Positions 1 to 12,811 of a stretch of 64,000 nucleotides of DNA are shown here, piece by piece. The translations under genes were made by a program, and so were the position numbers. Origin of the DNA: Azolla caroliniana. Its lineage: Eukaryota; Plantae; Polypodiophyta. Location of the stretch: assembly GCA_043228905.1 (NCBI GenBank), contig JBHGNT010000020.1, forward strand, positions 5,208,001-5,272,000. The letters are read 5' to 3'. The first letter of the stretch is position 1; every line of letters starts with the position of its first letter. The notes under the pieces were generated by a model that ran no database searches, was not told the origin of the DNA, and saw only the letters and a list, made by a program, of their open reading frames with translations.

Positions 1-37
1 GGAAAAGGGAGGCGAGCGTGTTATCATACACTTGGCC

Positions 38-270
38 CCACCACCACCACCACCACCACCATCACTATGACCATGCATGCATGCATGCATCCATCCATCC
101 ATCCATCCATCCAATATTTCTTCCTTCCTTCCTTTCTTCCTGAGAAACACTAGCACCCCTCCCCCGTTCACTTCCTCTTCTATTTTGTCCTCCTTATTCT
201 CTCTCTCTCTCTCTCTCGCCAAGTTATAAACCTGAGTCTCTCTCTCTCTCCCTCTCCCTCTCTCTCTCTC
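38..270. repeat. Microsatellite cluster upstream of SAD: (CCA)n, (CATG)n, (CCAT)n, (CT)n
   Basis: Directly visible simple repeats. CT-rich leaders are common in plant 5' UTRs. Confidence 0.8.
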
Positions 271-286
271 TGAGTTTCTTCACCGT

Positions 287-438
287 ATGGCTCTCACATC
301 TCCCTTTCCTCTCTCTTCATCCAAAGCTATGTTGCTGGGAACTTCAGAGATTGTGCCTTCCAAGCTATGGATCTCGCAATGTTGCCCTGCTCGAGGCCGC
401 CCATTGGGTCATGTCGTAATGACTGCTACGATGCCCAT
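287..438 (+). CDS. SAD: Stearoyl-ACP delta-9 desaturase, exon 1 (plastid transit peptide MALTSPFPLSSSKAMLL...VVMTATMP)
   Basis: ATG at 287; Ser/Thr-rich MA-start peptide; GT donor (AT|GTAAGT) at 439. The phase-2 join to the acceptor at 1170 restores the frame of ORF 1391..1708. Confidence 0.85.
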
Positions 439-954
439 GTAAGTGTATGGTATATACTGAGATGACCTAGATTTCACATCTGCACATCAGGGTTCCGAAC
501 TAGAAGTCCAAAAGACGTAAGCTGTAGAATTTAGGACATTAGAGAATGTTTTGCGAAATTTTGCTTTTTTAGGGTTTTTCTGTTTTATAGATACATTGCA
601 AAACCTTGTTTTCTGTAGAGGAGTTTCATGATAGATTTCAAATGAGTTCCCGTTTGTTCCTTCTCTTGGGTTCGAATTCAACGTTTAAAGATATGTTGCA
701 AAACTCTATTCTTTTGCGTTAAAGTACACTGAAATTTTACTTAGATCTTCTCGAATTCGATGTTTAAATTTAGAATTTGTTAGGACGTATTTGCAATTTT
801 CTGTTTTCGCATAAAAGATACTGATTTATCACATGGGTCTTACCAAGATGATAAAAGATTTAGGTCTCTTTAAGATGCCAGAACTAACTTTTCAACGTCT
901 AGATAAATTCAGGGATTTTTAAGATGTCTTGCAAAACTCTATTCTTCACAGAGC

Positions 955-1122
955 AGAGTACTCACAGATTTCAAGTGGGTCTTACTATTAGGATTTGTTA
1001 AATTTATGTTTTGTCACAAAGCAAGAGCCCAAATTTCAAGAGTACTCACAGATTTCAAGTGGGTCTTACTATTAGGATTTGTTAAATTTATGTTTTGTTA
1101 CAAAGCAAGAGCCCAAATTTCA
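955..1122. repeat. Near-perfect 84-bp tandem duplication in SAD intron 1
   Basis: AGAGTACTCACAGATTTCAAGTGGGTC...GCCCAAATTTCA at 955 and 1039; one C/T difference seen. Confidence 0.9.
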
Positions 1123-1170
1123 AGGTCTGAAGCTCAGGCTTAGCTAAGCCAAAACGGCGTTCTTTTTCAG

Positions 1171-1684
1171 AAAAACTGGAGCTAGTGTTGAAGCAAAGAG
1201 TTCTACATATGTACCTCAAGAGCTTCACAAACAAGTAACTCATTCTCTACCTCAAGAGAAGGTTGAGATCTTCAAATCTCTAGAGGGGTGGGCCGAAGCT
1301 GAGATCTTACCTTTCCTAAAGACAGTAGAGAAGAGTTGGCAACCTCAAGATTTTCTCCCAGAGCCTTCATCTGATGAATTCTACGATGAAGTGAGAGAGA
1401 TCAGGGCTAGGGCTAAAGAGCTTCCTGATGATTATTTGGTGTGTCTGGTTGGTGATATGATCACCGAGGAGGCTTTGCCTACTTACCAGACTATGTTGAA
1501 TACTCTTGATGGTGTTAGAGATGAGACAGGGGCGAGCCTTACGTCCTGGGCGAGATGGACTAGGGCGTGGACCGCTGAAGAAAACCGGCATGGAGACTTG
1601 TTGAATAAGTATCTCTATCTTACAGGGAGGGTTAACATGAGGGCCATCGAGCAGACCATCCAGTATTTGATTGGATCTGGGATG
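1171..1684 (+). CDS. SAD: Stearoyl-ACP delta-9 desaturase, exon 2
   Basis: Acceptor TCTTTTTCAG ends at 1170. Reads KTGAS...[21 protein letters not shown]...[11 protein letters not shown]...[21 protein letters not shown]...[22 protein letters not shown]...IQYLIGSGM. Donor ATG|GTGAGT at 1685. Confidence 0.95.
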
Positions 1685-2272
1685 GTGAGTTTGTTGTCTA
1701 GGTTATAGCGTAATTCTGGCCTGTGTGTGTATATATTATATGTATGTGCTAATTTCTTGCACGTGATGTTATAGTTATAGTGCATTATCTGCTCAAATTG
1801 TATCATAATGCTGGTGTATGAAAGATGCATGGCATATATAATATCTATGTTCATTTATCGATGATGATATTTCAGTTGTTAATTTCTTGAGGTCTTGTCT
1901 GTTTTGACTTGATTCTGGCCTTGTGTGTATGTGTGGTTTGATTTGATTTGATTGCGGCAGTATTATTATTGTGTGTGTATAGTTTGATTTGATTGTGGTA
2001 GTATATATGTGATATGTGATTGCAATGTTGCTGAATAGAATATAAATGTATGGTTTGGCATGTGAGTATATTATGGTTGCACGGCACGGATTCGTTGAGC
2101 CTTACTTGTTTGATTTGACTCTGTTGTAATTTTGTGTAAATTTAAGATGCATGTTTTGCATATGATGCTTTTGCGGCTGCACGTATTTCTTTGGGAAGTT
2201 GATGATGCTATATTTTGATGGATGCTGTGAAAGCTAATTCCTTTGTGCATGATGATCCTATATATGTTATAG

Positions 2273-2836
2273 GATCCTCAAACTGAGAACAATCCATACT
2301 TGGGTTTTATCTACACATCCTTCCAAGAAAGGGCGACATTTATCTCTCATGGAAATACGGCGAGGCATGCAAAGGACTTTGGTGACCTTAAGCTTGCTCA
2401 AATTTGTGGTATAATCGCTTCTGATGAGCGAAGACATGAGAATGCATACACCAAGATAGTGGAAAAGCTCTTTGAAATTGACCCTGATTGTACCATGTTG
2501 GCTTTAGAGGATATGATGAGGAAGAAGATATCGATGCCTGCCCATCTCATGTATGATGGGCATGACAAGGACATCTTCGAGAAATTCTCACTTGTGGCAC
2601 AAAGGACAGGTGTGTACACAGCTCGGGACTATGCCGATATTTTAGAGCATTTGACAAAAAGATGGAACCTAGAGAAGCTTCCAGGGCTTTCCAGCAAAGG
2701 TCAAAAAGCACAAGAATATGTCTGCGGATTGCCAAATCGTTTTAGAAAGCTGGAAGAACGTACATCGAAAGTGAAGAAAGCGCCAAGAACAGCCACACTC
2801 AGCTGGATATTTAATAGGGAAGTTGCTCTTGTCTAG
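2273..2836 (+). CDS. SAD: Stearoyl-ACP delta-9 desaturase, exon 3 (FAB2/SSI2 family; spliced CDS 1230 nt, 409 aa)
   Basis: Acceptor TATAG ends at 2272. Reads [31 protein letters not shown]...[19 protein letters not shown]...MPAHLMYDG...[11 protein letters not shown]. Diiron ligands EExxH and DExRH are present. Confidence 0.95.
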   Translation, partial: DPQTENNPYLGFIYTSFQERATFISHGNTARHAKDFGDLKLAQICGIIASDERRHENAYTKIVEKLFEIDPDCTMLALEDMMRKKISMPAHLMYDGHDKDIFEKFSLVAQRTGVYTARDYADILEHLTKRWNLEKLPGLSSKGQKAQEYVCGLPNRFRKLEERTSKVKKAPRTATLSWIFNREVALV

Positions 2837-4095
2837 GACGATATCTTTCCATACAGCAAAGGCATTGCTAGTATATAATAAATATATAAGGCTGAAAGTA
2901 AGGAAGGACTTTCAATCATTCATTCAACATGTTCTGAAGGCCTAAGGCATCATCGATAAGCTTCTCCAAGTCATCATCAAAATATATGCTGTCAAACGTT
3001 TCTTTGCTTGCTTTTGTTGAAAGGTGGTTGGTCTCTGATTGTTCAAAACATATATCTATTTGAGAGTGTTCGTGCACCGGTTTGGGTTTGCCTGGTGTGG
3101 TGGTCAATCAATGTAATGCGGTATTTAGTTTCTTTTTTTATACAGGGTTTTATTGTTAGTTTTTTTGTCTGAATGTAGAACCTTTCCAAGTGTCCATTTT
3201 ATCAATTACTTAAATTTGGGATTTTTGAAATGGGAAAAAAAATCTGTGTGCTCTCGCTCGGGTAGGCCTCATGATTTACTCCAATAAAATCTAGTGTGGA
3301 ACTTCTATGTCTTGGCAATTTCCCCTTTTCAGTTAAAAAAAGATAAATTTCTTTGTAATTGGCAGACTCCAATCATGATGATGATTGAAATTCCAACGTT
3401 AGAGAATTTATGAGAATTGTGGTGCCATATTGGGGCAAAATTTCTCGTCCATACATTTTAATATGAGTTTGATTGCTGCAAGTAAAGAGTGTATAATATA
3501 TGAAACAGCTACTTTTGAAATGTAAGTAATGCATAATGCCTCTCAGTAGATTGCTATCATCCTAAGGAAATTGTATTAAGTGAATGGACGCTCCACCATA
3601 ATGTGGAAGACAATTCTAGATGCAATTCAACAGATGAGAACTCAATTTTGTGCGTACCCAATTCTTCCTTTGTGAGGCCTAATTCATGCAAGAAATATTT
3701 GTGTAGTGAAGCCAATGTTTTATATAATCTTGTGTTGTCAACACAAATTCATTGTATGTCTCAATATCTCTTGAAAAGAACACATTGAGAACATTGTCAT
3801 ATAAATTGTAGGACCACAAGGAACAACATGGAGGCAAGTTTGCACCTATCAATATAATGGTGACTTGTACCCGATATCCAAAGAATATGGTGAAGAAATG
3901 TTATCATGAAGAATAGGGTTCACACATTGTCGTAATAAATGACAATAGTATGTATGTTTAGCTAACTAAATTTGCATGCACTTCTCCTTTGGAAGACAAC
4001 AAACGTGAAACAACCCAAAAGATAGAAATGTTTAAGGAAGAATGGTAGACAAGGCGTAACATGAGTATGTTCAATTAAAGTTGGAATCAATAGGG

Positions 4096-4234
4096 CCCTT
4101 TAGTAGTGTTATTGATATCAAGCAAGCACACGCCCTTTAGTAGTGTTATTGATATCAAGCAACTTTAGTAGTGTTATTGATATCAAGCAAGCACACGCCC
4201 TTTAGTAGTGTTATTGATATCAAGCAAGCACACG
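4096..4234. repeat. 37-bp minisatellite, four copies (middle junction shortened)
   Basis: Unit CCCTTTAGTAGTGTTATTGATATCAAGCAAGCACACG at 4096, 4133, about 4163 and 4198. Confidence 0.9.
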
Positions 4235-4337
4235 ACGAGACATTTATGTAGTGGTTTCCAACAAGTCCCTTAGAAGTGGTGCACAACTTCAATCACATAC
4301 ATATGATGGATTAATATCATTAAAGAAGTTATTGAGG

Positions 4338-5489
4338 TACTTAGTCTCAAATGTTTACTAGATCGTTACACTTTTCATGTTCCACCTTGAGCCAAGTTTA
4401 TTCTATAACAGGCAACACCTTACTCATGTCTAAGAATATTCTCAAAAGCACTTGAATAAGTGGGGTGTTTCAAGCACTCATTTGAAGGCATAATATCATT
4501 TACGGAAAACCGTATCTATGGTTACATTATGGATATTATGGAAGTATCGTTGTAAAAGACGATATGAGTTCACAATTCCTTTTCTCTCAGATATATTGTC
4601 AGAATTATGGGGGTGCTTATTGGCGGTTGTGCGGGGGCAATATGACGATATGCTAGGCTCTTCGAAGGTTGTTCTGAAGAAAAGGAAAAACTACTTAGTC
4701 TCAAATGTTTACTAGATCGTTACACTTTTCATGTTCCACCTTGAGCCAAGTTTATTCTATAGCAGGCAACACCTTACTCATGTCTAAGAATATTCTCAAA
4801 AGCACTTGAATAAGTGGGGTGTTTCAAGCACTCATTTGAAGGCATAATATCATTTACGGAAAACCGTATCTATGGTTACATTATGGATATTATGGAAGTA
4901 TCGTTGTAAAAGACGATACGAGTTCACAATTCCTTTTCTCTCAAATATATTGTCAGAATTATGGGGGTGCTTATTGGCGGTTGTGCGGGGGCAATATGAC
5001 GATATGCTAGGCTCTTCGAAGGTTGTTCTGAAGAAAAGGAAAAACTACTTAATCTCAAATGTTTACTAGATCGTTACACTTTTCATGTTCCACCTTGAGC
5101 CAAGTTTATTCTATAGCAGGCAACACCTTACTCATGTCTAAGAATATTCTCAAAAGCACTTGAATAAGTGGGGTGTTTCAAGCACTCATTTGAAGGCATA
5201 ATATCATTTACGGAAAACCGTATCTATGGTTACATTATGGATATTATGGAAGTATCGTTGTAAAAGACGATATGAGTTCACAATTCCTTTTCTCTCAGAT
5301 ATATTGTCAGAATTATGGGGGTGCTTATTGGCGGTTGTGTGGGGGCAATATGACGATATGCTAGGCTCTTCGAAGGTTGTTCTGAAGAAAAGGAAAAACT
5401 TATTGCAATTATGGAGAAAGTTGCCTCTGTTCACAGTCTACTCTCAAGGACCGTTATGGAAATATCATCACCCCTGGTTCTTGCCTTGA
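4338..5489 (+). mobile_element. LINE (L1-like) 3'-end fragment with a 354-bp segment triplicated in tandem
   Basis: Units start at 4338, 4692 and 5046. Each encodes TLWILWKYRCKRRYE, resembling the W-x-I-W-x-x-R-N motif after the plant L1 zf-RVT domain. Only the last copy continues to a stop at 5489. Confidence 0.65.
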
Positions 5490-7711
5490 CCACTTCTTTT
5501 GTACATAATACTCTCTGATTTTACATGTTTGTAGCCCTCTAGTGCTTGAAGGAAATCTTTTGGGAATTTTTATTATTATTGTAGAACATTAAAGTTCATG
5601 ATATGACAATCATATTGAAAGGGAGATGATGATGGTGGCGTGGCTAGATCCAAAACACTAAAGGAGTGGGCTGTTGTGTGAGGAGAGAGAAAGTAGAGAA
5701 AACTATGTAGAAAATGGAGAGGAAACCGTAGGCGCTAAAGTCCCCTACCTCATCATCAAAGGTTTGGGACCAATCCTTATTGGTAACTAACTTTTAGGTA
5801 ATTTGGGCATGTTCACACATGGACAATGAACAAATTTTATAAATATAATCTGAATGCCTATATCCCCCGTTGTTGTGCCTTTCGGCGTTGGATCGTTGCA
5901 TGAGTCGAGTGGGAACCACGTAGTTTACGAATTATACTACGACACCGCAAATTGGGGCCAAAAATATAATAAAGGTGTGTCTAGAAAGCTCTCAAAGGGA
6001 GTTTTCACATTGAATGGTCAAAATATACAAAAAGTAGAGTCCTTGGGCCTTTATTGTCAAATACGGGGATATAATGGCCGTATTCACATTGTCCCATTTG
6101 GACAAACTAGACTAGGACATATTTGTAATATGATCAAAGGGCAGTTGACCTAGCTAAGTTAGTATATAATTGGACTTGTTGTTGAGAAAACTGGTCCCTC
6201 CGGATGGGAAGAACACAAGTTGGAAGGGATGGAGAACCAACCGGATCGGCCTGAAGCCAATCGACAAAAGAGCCATCATAGCCGGCTTGTCTGATTTGAA
6301 ATTCGGATATTGCACATGGAGTCGGATCGTTAGGAGCCGACTTAGCACCGACTGGAGAGATAAGCCGAATTTGTTCGATAGCTAACTCAACTGAGGCTGA
6401 AAAATTGACTGATCGATAATCGATCGATAACCAATTCGGCTAATAGTCGAATAGATTGAATGTGACTAGGCTATATTTGTAAATACTCATATATGTATAT
6501 GAGTATAAATATAGTTAGGGCAAGTAGTTATTTGTGTATGATAGTAGTTGAACAGTTGTAACAGTTGTTGATGTAGATAGAGTTGTAGAGTGTATCACAA
6601 CGTGTGGGAGAGAGAGAGAGAGAGAGAGAGAGAGAATCTTGAGAAGGGGATGCTTGTATGGAACCAATTTGCATTGGCTTCCGGATTACATATTAATTGG
6701 AGGAAGTCTAGTCTCATATCATGTACTGAAAGGGATTTTGAATGTTTAGGATGGCAAGGATCCGTGGTGAAGAAAGGCTCTATTTTTCGACACTTGGGCT
6801 ATCCATTAGGAATGAATGTTACAAATGGTCAATTGATTGAATGGATGTCTAGTAAGTTGAGGGATAAGTTCATGTATTGGAAATCACAATCTTGGCCATT
6901 TCATGTACGTTTGAAGGTTGTACAATGTATTATGGAACCTATGATATTATATTACTTGCCATTGCTGCCGTGGACAAAGAAGGCTTTGCATTCTATTTTG
7001 CAACCTCTTCGATATTTGTTGTGGAAGAAAAGGTATAAGATGGGAATCACTTGGGTTGCATGGAATCATCTAGCAACTCCTAAGCGCTTGGGGGGAGCTT
7101 GAGTATTGAACTTATCTAAGCATATGATGGCTCGTAGATTTTCATTATTACAATACATGTGTTCAAACTCACAACCATGGATATCTATTGTTCAATATTT
7201 CATTGAGAACATGGGTTTAACACATGGGAGGACAACAATTAAGGCTTCCTGGTGGCAATTACTAAATGGATGTATTTCACTTAAGATTCCGGGCTCTACA
7301 TGTGTTCAACACTTGGTTACCTCATGGTAAGAAGCACTCTTGTTATGTGTATGGAAACCATCATCTAGTAGAGAGCATTGTAATTCTTTGCAAAAAGAGT
7401 TAGTTGTGCCTTCTTGGTTATTATGTTGGCCAGGAAAGGAGAGATTACACTCTCAATTTAATCGTTTGTTTCGTTTGGGGGTCAAAGAGGTGGGAGATAT
7501 AGTTGAGGCTCCATCTCAAAGAATTTTGGAGTTTGTTGAAGCACGACAATTATTACGCATTCCGCCTAATTATGGGTTTATTTGGCAACAATTGCGAAAT
7601 ATTCCATTGATGCAAGGTCCTTTACCTCTACAAACAGGAGAACAACCGTGGATTGATTGGTGTTTAAAGGGTCAAACATCCTTGTTACAAGTGATTACTA
7701 ATCTTTTGTAT

Positions 7712-10700
7712 TGTGGCGGTCACATGGACCACACCCAAATTAGGCCACCCAAATTAGGCCCCTACTAAGCCCCATGATTGGAAGAGCTAATTGGAGCGGG
7801 AGAACACCCTCCACGCTAAGAGTAGTCTATAAAATGTAACTTAGAACGTAATGGAAAGGGAGCTATTCTTGAGAGCATTTCACATCTTGGTGGAGAAGAC
7901 GGGCAAAGCAACCCCAACTCACGACCCCAACAACACACACCACGATGCAACACGACAACAACGGCGGCAACGCCAACTCAATGAATCCGGAATTCCTCCA
8001 ACAACAAATTCAAGACCATCAGCCCACATCGCCAATCGACCAACTGGTTCAAGCCCTGTCCAACATTATTTTACAAGTTAACCATACTAACCAAGCCATG
8101 TTGTCATTTCTTTCAGCAAGATCCGAGCCACAACAGAATCTCCCAGACCCTCGAGTTCGCCCAAAACCATTCTCCAGCCTACCATCGAAAGACGTCCGCT
8201 CTTGGCTAGATCATTTCGAAATGGTGGCCAATTACCACCAATGGCCACACCCCCGGAAGGCAATGGAAATGAAGACACTCCTCGAGAATATCGCAGCAAC
8301 ATGGCTCGTACAACAACCCGAAGAGACACGCAATAACTGGGATCTATTACAGGCAGCCATGATTCGGAATTTTGCTCATCAAGACTCCCGTCAGACAGCC
8401 CTACAACAACTCGAGTCAATTGCCCAACAACCACACGAACCCATCACCCAGTTCGTGGTTCGATTTGTGCAAATCCTACGCCGGGTTGACGCCAACATGT
8501 CGGAAGACATGAAGTTGTTTTTCTTCTGGCCGTGTATCTGACATGACCTCCACCGCCGTGTACGCGATCAAGGCCCGACGACACTACACGAAGCCATCCT
8601 CACCACCCAACGCATCGAAGCTGCAGACGCGCATGACATGCACACACCAGGTAATCTCAGTCACGATCATACAAACACTATGCCAGCCGCCACTCCCATG
8701 GACATCGACGTCCGCCACTCCCATGGACATCGACGTCCAAAACGCGCAATTACGCGCCAAGCGTGCATTGCCCGAATGAGATAGTCAGGGATGCCCCAAA
8801 TGTTTCTACTGCAACAACTATGGCCAGATTCGGCGTCACTGTCGAAAGTGGCAAAATCACCAACAGAAGCAGAACGTCCAATTAGCCGACGTTGCCTCCC
8901 TCTCTGAGATCCCGGAAAACTAATGCGCGGGGTGCCACAGGAAGAGCCACCCCCGCACGTCCATGCCTCCACGTCATCAACCCTCCCGTTTCTCCCACGA
9001 TCGAGCTGCCCCCGCATGTCCACACCTCCACGTCATCAACTTCTCCCGTTTATACCACGATTGAGCCGACCCCGCATGTCCACGCCTCCACGTCATCAAC
9101 TTCGCCCGTTTGTACCACAATCGCCCGCCTCCAACACACGATCCAAGAAGTTCTCCTCGACTCCGACAACAGCATCTCTTCCATCAGCGCAGATTTAGTC
9201 ACCCAATTACAACTTCCCACGAGCCACGCACCGCCCATTAAAATCCTCTTCGGCGACTAACAACAGGTGTACCACTCACATACGCAAGTCATGTGCATGC
9301 TCACCATCAGTTCCGTCCAAATCCAACATCGTTTCTACGTTCTCCCGTGCCAGTTGTTCCCAATCACCCTAGGCTGTGATTGGTTCCTCCATAGTCGAGC
9401 CTATCTCGATTTCTCCTCACAACAGCTCATCCTCCCCAATCACCTTCCGATCGCGCTCTTCACTACTCCGCAAGATACCACCCACATAAGCAACACACAG
9501 TACCTAGTATCACTGACAGAGCGCATCCGACGACTCCTAGCCACCTTTCCCTCATTGTCTACACCACCTGAAAAACCTCCCTCGGTCCGTTTTCCGATCC
9601 ACCACACGATTCCTACAGGCAACGCCCGCCCCATCCACGCAGCTCCTCGACGTTGCTCGCCTCTCGACCACGAGCGCATCGACAATGCTGTCAAAACTAT
9701 GCTACAACAAGGGATTATCACACCTTCCAAGAGTGAGTGGATCTCGGAGCCACACATGGTAAAGAAAGATGGCTCTTACCGTTTTTGTGTCGACTTCCGA
9801 CAACTAAACGATGTCACCACCCATGACCGATATCCTCTCCCTCGTATCGACGACCTCGACCAGCTCGGCAAATCAAAGTACTTCACCTCCCTCGACCTGG
9901 CCTCGGGATATTGGCAGATCCCTATGAATCCTAAAGATGCCCACAAAACTGCATTCCGCACTAGGAAAGGCATTTTTCAGTTCACACGGATGCCCTTCGG
10001 CCTATCCGATGTTGGGAGCACATTCCAGTGAATGGCTAACACCATCTTCGATGATCTCATCACGCACCGCGTCGTCATCGTCTATCTAGATGATATTCTG
10101 ATACATACAAGCACTTGGGTGGAACACCTTCAAGTCCTTCAGGAGGTCCTCACTTGTGTTCAACGCTATCGATTGCAGCTGCAATGGAAGAAGTGTCGAT
10201 GGGGTAGTACGCGCCTCCGCTTCCTCGGGTACGTCATCTCCTCCGACGGAGTACAGATGGACCCAGAGAAGACGGAAGCAGTCCAAAAATTCCCACGCCC
10301 CACCACAGTCAAGCAACTTCAACGCTTCCTCGGCCTCCTCACGTTCTCTCTCCGCTTCATCCCACGACTAGCCGACTTGTCAGCCCCACTATGCGCGCTC
10401 CTGCAAAAAGACACACCCTTCCTATGGACCGAAGCCTGCGAATCCAACTTCCTGCAGCTCAAGCGAACACTCCAAGCCTCTGACCTCCTTGCCCACCCTG
10501 ATTTCACGAAGCCTTTCCATCTATAGACGGATGCCTCCAATGTCGGCCTTGGTGCGGTCCCGCTCCAATCCAACGACAACGACCAACTACACCCGATTGC
10601 CTACAGAAGTCGGTCACTTACCAAAGCCGAACAAAATTACTCGACAACCGAAAAAGAGTTGCTCGCCATCGTCTGAGCATTCCATCGTTTCCACCCATAC

Positions 10701-12450
10701 CTACACGGATCAAATACATCAGTCGAAACTGACCATCAGCCATTGCTCTCCCTCATAAAGAAGGCTCATCCACCCGGTCGCTTACTCCATTGGGCTTTGG
10801 CGCTACAGGATTACACATTCACGTTGCACTATCGCCGTGGTCCCCAAAACATCGCCGCCGATGGATTATCCCGCATATCCTTTTAGGCGAACCAGTCGCC
10901 TCTGACACAATCAATTTCCCCATATCCTCGTCCCAAATAGCCAACATGCAACAACACGACAAAAAAATCCAAGACATCTGCCACCGCCTACGAGCCGAGC
11001 CAACATCATTCCTCACCAAGCAATTCATGATCCAGGATAATGTCCTGCTTTTTTGCCAAGTAGGCAAGGAACCCTGGGGTCTAGGTGCCTGAGCAACTGC
11101 GCCTGTCTTACCTTAATTTCTTCCACAATCACCCGTTGTCCGGCCACTTGGGTTTTCATAAGGTGCTAGACAAAATCCGTTGCAAATTCTATTGGCCGGG
11201 GCTACGCCAGGAGGTCGCCTCCTACATCAAAGCATGCAACTTATGTCAGGCCATCAAATCACCTCAAGTGGCTCAAGGCCTCTTACATCCAATACAAGTT
11301 CAAGCTCCATTTGAAATTGTCGGATGGGACATTATGGGCCCCTTTCCCGAGTCACAAGAAGGGAACAAATTCATCCTTGTCATAACTGAGTACTTGACGT
11401 GTTGGGCTGAGACGGCCGCTATCCTAGATGCCAAGGCTATGACCATTGCCTCCAAACTATTGGAGAAAATTATCTTCCCCCATGGGTGCCCACTCCAAAT
11501 CTTGTCCGAACGAGGACCCCAGTTCAACAGCGAGCTCCTACGCCTAGTTTCTACACAATTAGGAATCCAACAATTATTCACGTCACCCTACCATCCGCAA
11601 ACGAATGGATTGATGGAGCGCCTCAATCGAACCTTAAAACAACAAATCTCGGCCTACATCGATCCGCTGCACTCGACCTAAGACCGGATCTTGCCCTTCG
11701 TTACGCATGCCTACAACACAACTGTGCAAGCCTCCACCTGCATTAGCCCATTTCGGGCCCTTTACGGAAGGGACCCGTGCTTACCCCCAGAAGTGGCAAT
11801 CCCGGGCAATCCCGCAACCAATCACACGACTCCACTCTGACGCAGTGTCTTGGTGGTCCCACCTGCAACAACTCCAACCCCTCCTCTGCAAAGCCATCAC
11901 GAGCAACCTGCACCAAGCATAGCTACGCCAAAAATGACAACACGATGCAGGCCGCACCAACCATCAATACCACGTCAGTGACAAAGTCCTCGTCTATTTC
12001 CCCATCCGTCGTTGCGACCTCAGCGAGTCGCTCATGCACCGATGGATCAGTCCCATCAAAGTTCAAAAGCAAATACGCAACACTACATATCTGCTCCGTC
12101 GCGCCTCCAACAACCGCTCTACCTTTGCCCGCCAATCTCGCATGAAGCCCTTCCATCAGCTACCATTGCCCCTGCCCACGCTCATGCCCATACCCACGCC
12201 CACGACCGTGTCATCCCCCCCCCACCTAGAACCGTCGTCCACGCCCCGTCGCGATCCGACCGCACAATAACTTTTTTTTACAAGGGGGAACTGTGGCGGT
12301 CACATGGACCACACCCAAATTAGGCCCCTACCAAGCCCCATAATTAGAAGAGCTAATTGGAGCGGGAGAACACCCTCCACGCTAAGAGTAGTCTATAAAA
12401 TGTAACTTAGAATGTAATGGAAAGGGAGCTATTCTTGAGAGCATTTCACA
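7712..12450 (+). mobile_element. Compact Ty3/Gypsy non-chromovirus, full length but degenerate (gag-PR-RT-RH-INT)
   Basis: LTRs 7712-7884 and 12292-12450 (TGTGGCG...TTCACA); 4-bp TSD GTAT (7708-7711 and 12451-12454); PBS TGGTGGAGAAGACGGGCA at 7888; PPT AAGGGGGAAC at 12282. ORFs show gag (WLDHFE, PMDID), RT (LDLASGYWQI, YLDD), RNase H and INT (SGHLG, YHPQTNG). Confidence 0.95.
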
Positions 12451-12652
12451 GTATCATTGCTCTGTTGAGTCTCTTGGATGGTTATCATCTAAGGTTGAAG
12501 AAGAATGGAGATTACACAAATTTGTCATGGGTGGTGGCAAATCTTACAACGTAGTTGGCATTCTAAATTGCCACTTGTAGCAAAGGTCTTCATTTGGAGA
12601 GTTTTGATTGGAGGATTGCCTTTGGGATTAGCTCTAAAGCATCGTGGACTAG

Positions 12653-12757
12653 TGTTAAGAATTAGTTAAGTAATTAAGCAAGGATTAATTAGTACCTAAT
12701 TATGTGATTAGTTGATAAGCGGAAGATTAAGTGATATGTGTGTGTGTGTGAGAGAGA

Positions 12758-12811
<54 letters not shown>

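Noticed and set aside
225-230. TATAAA as the SAD TATA box
   Set aside because: It sits between CT tracts only about 57 nt before the ATG and may be within the 5' UTR; there is no TSS evidence.
1171-2836. Divergent-specificity acyl-ACP desaturase (DERRH instead of DEKRH)
   Set aside because: Cavity-lining positions recalled from the castor enzyme (M..TL in YQTMLNTL; P.T and GF in [12 protein letters not shown]) are canonical for delta-9 18:0, and K to R is conservative.
3560-4080. Possible decayed coding or TE fragment (also 5600-6170, ORF 5854..6153)
   Set aside because: No recognisable motifs, termini or TSDs, so it cannot be assigned.
4096-4234. 37-bp direct repeats of CRISPR-like length
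   Set aside because: Head-to-tail copies with no spacers; an ordinary minisatellite.
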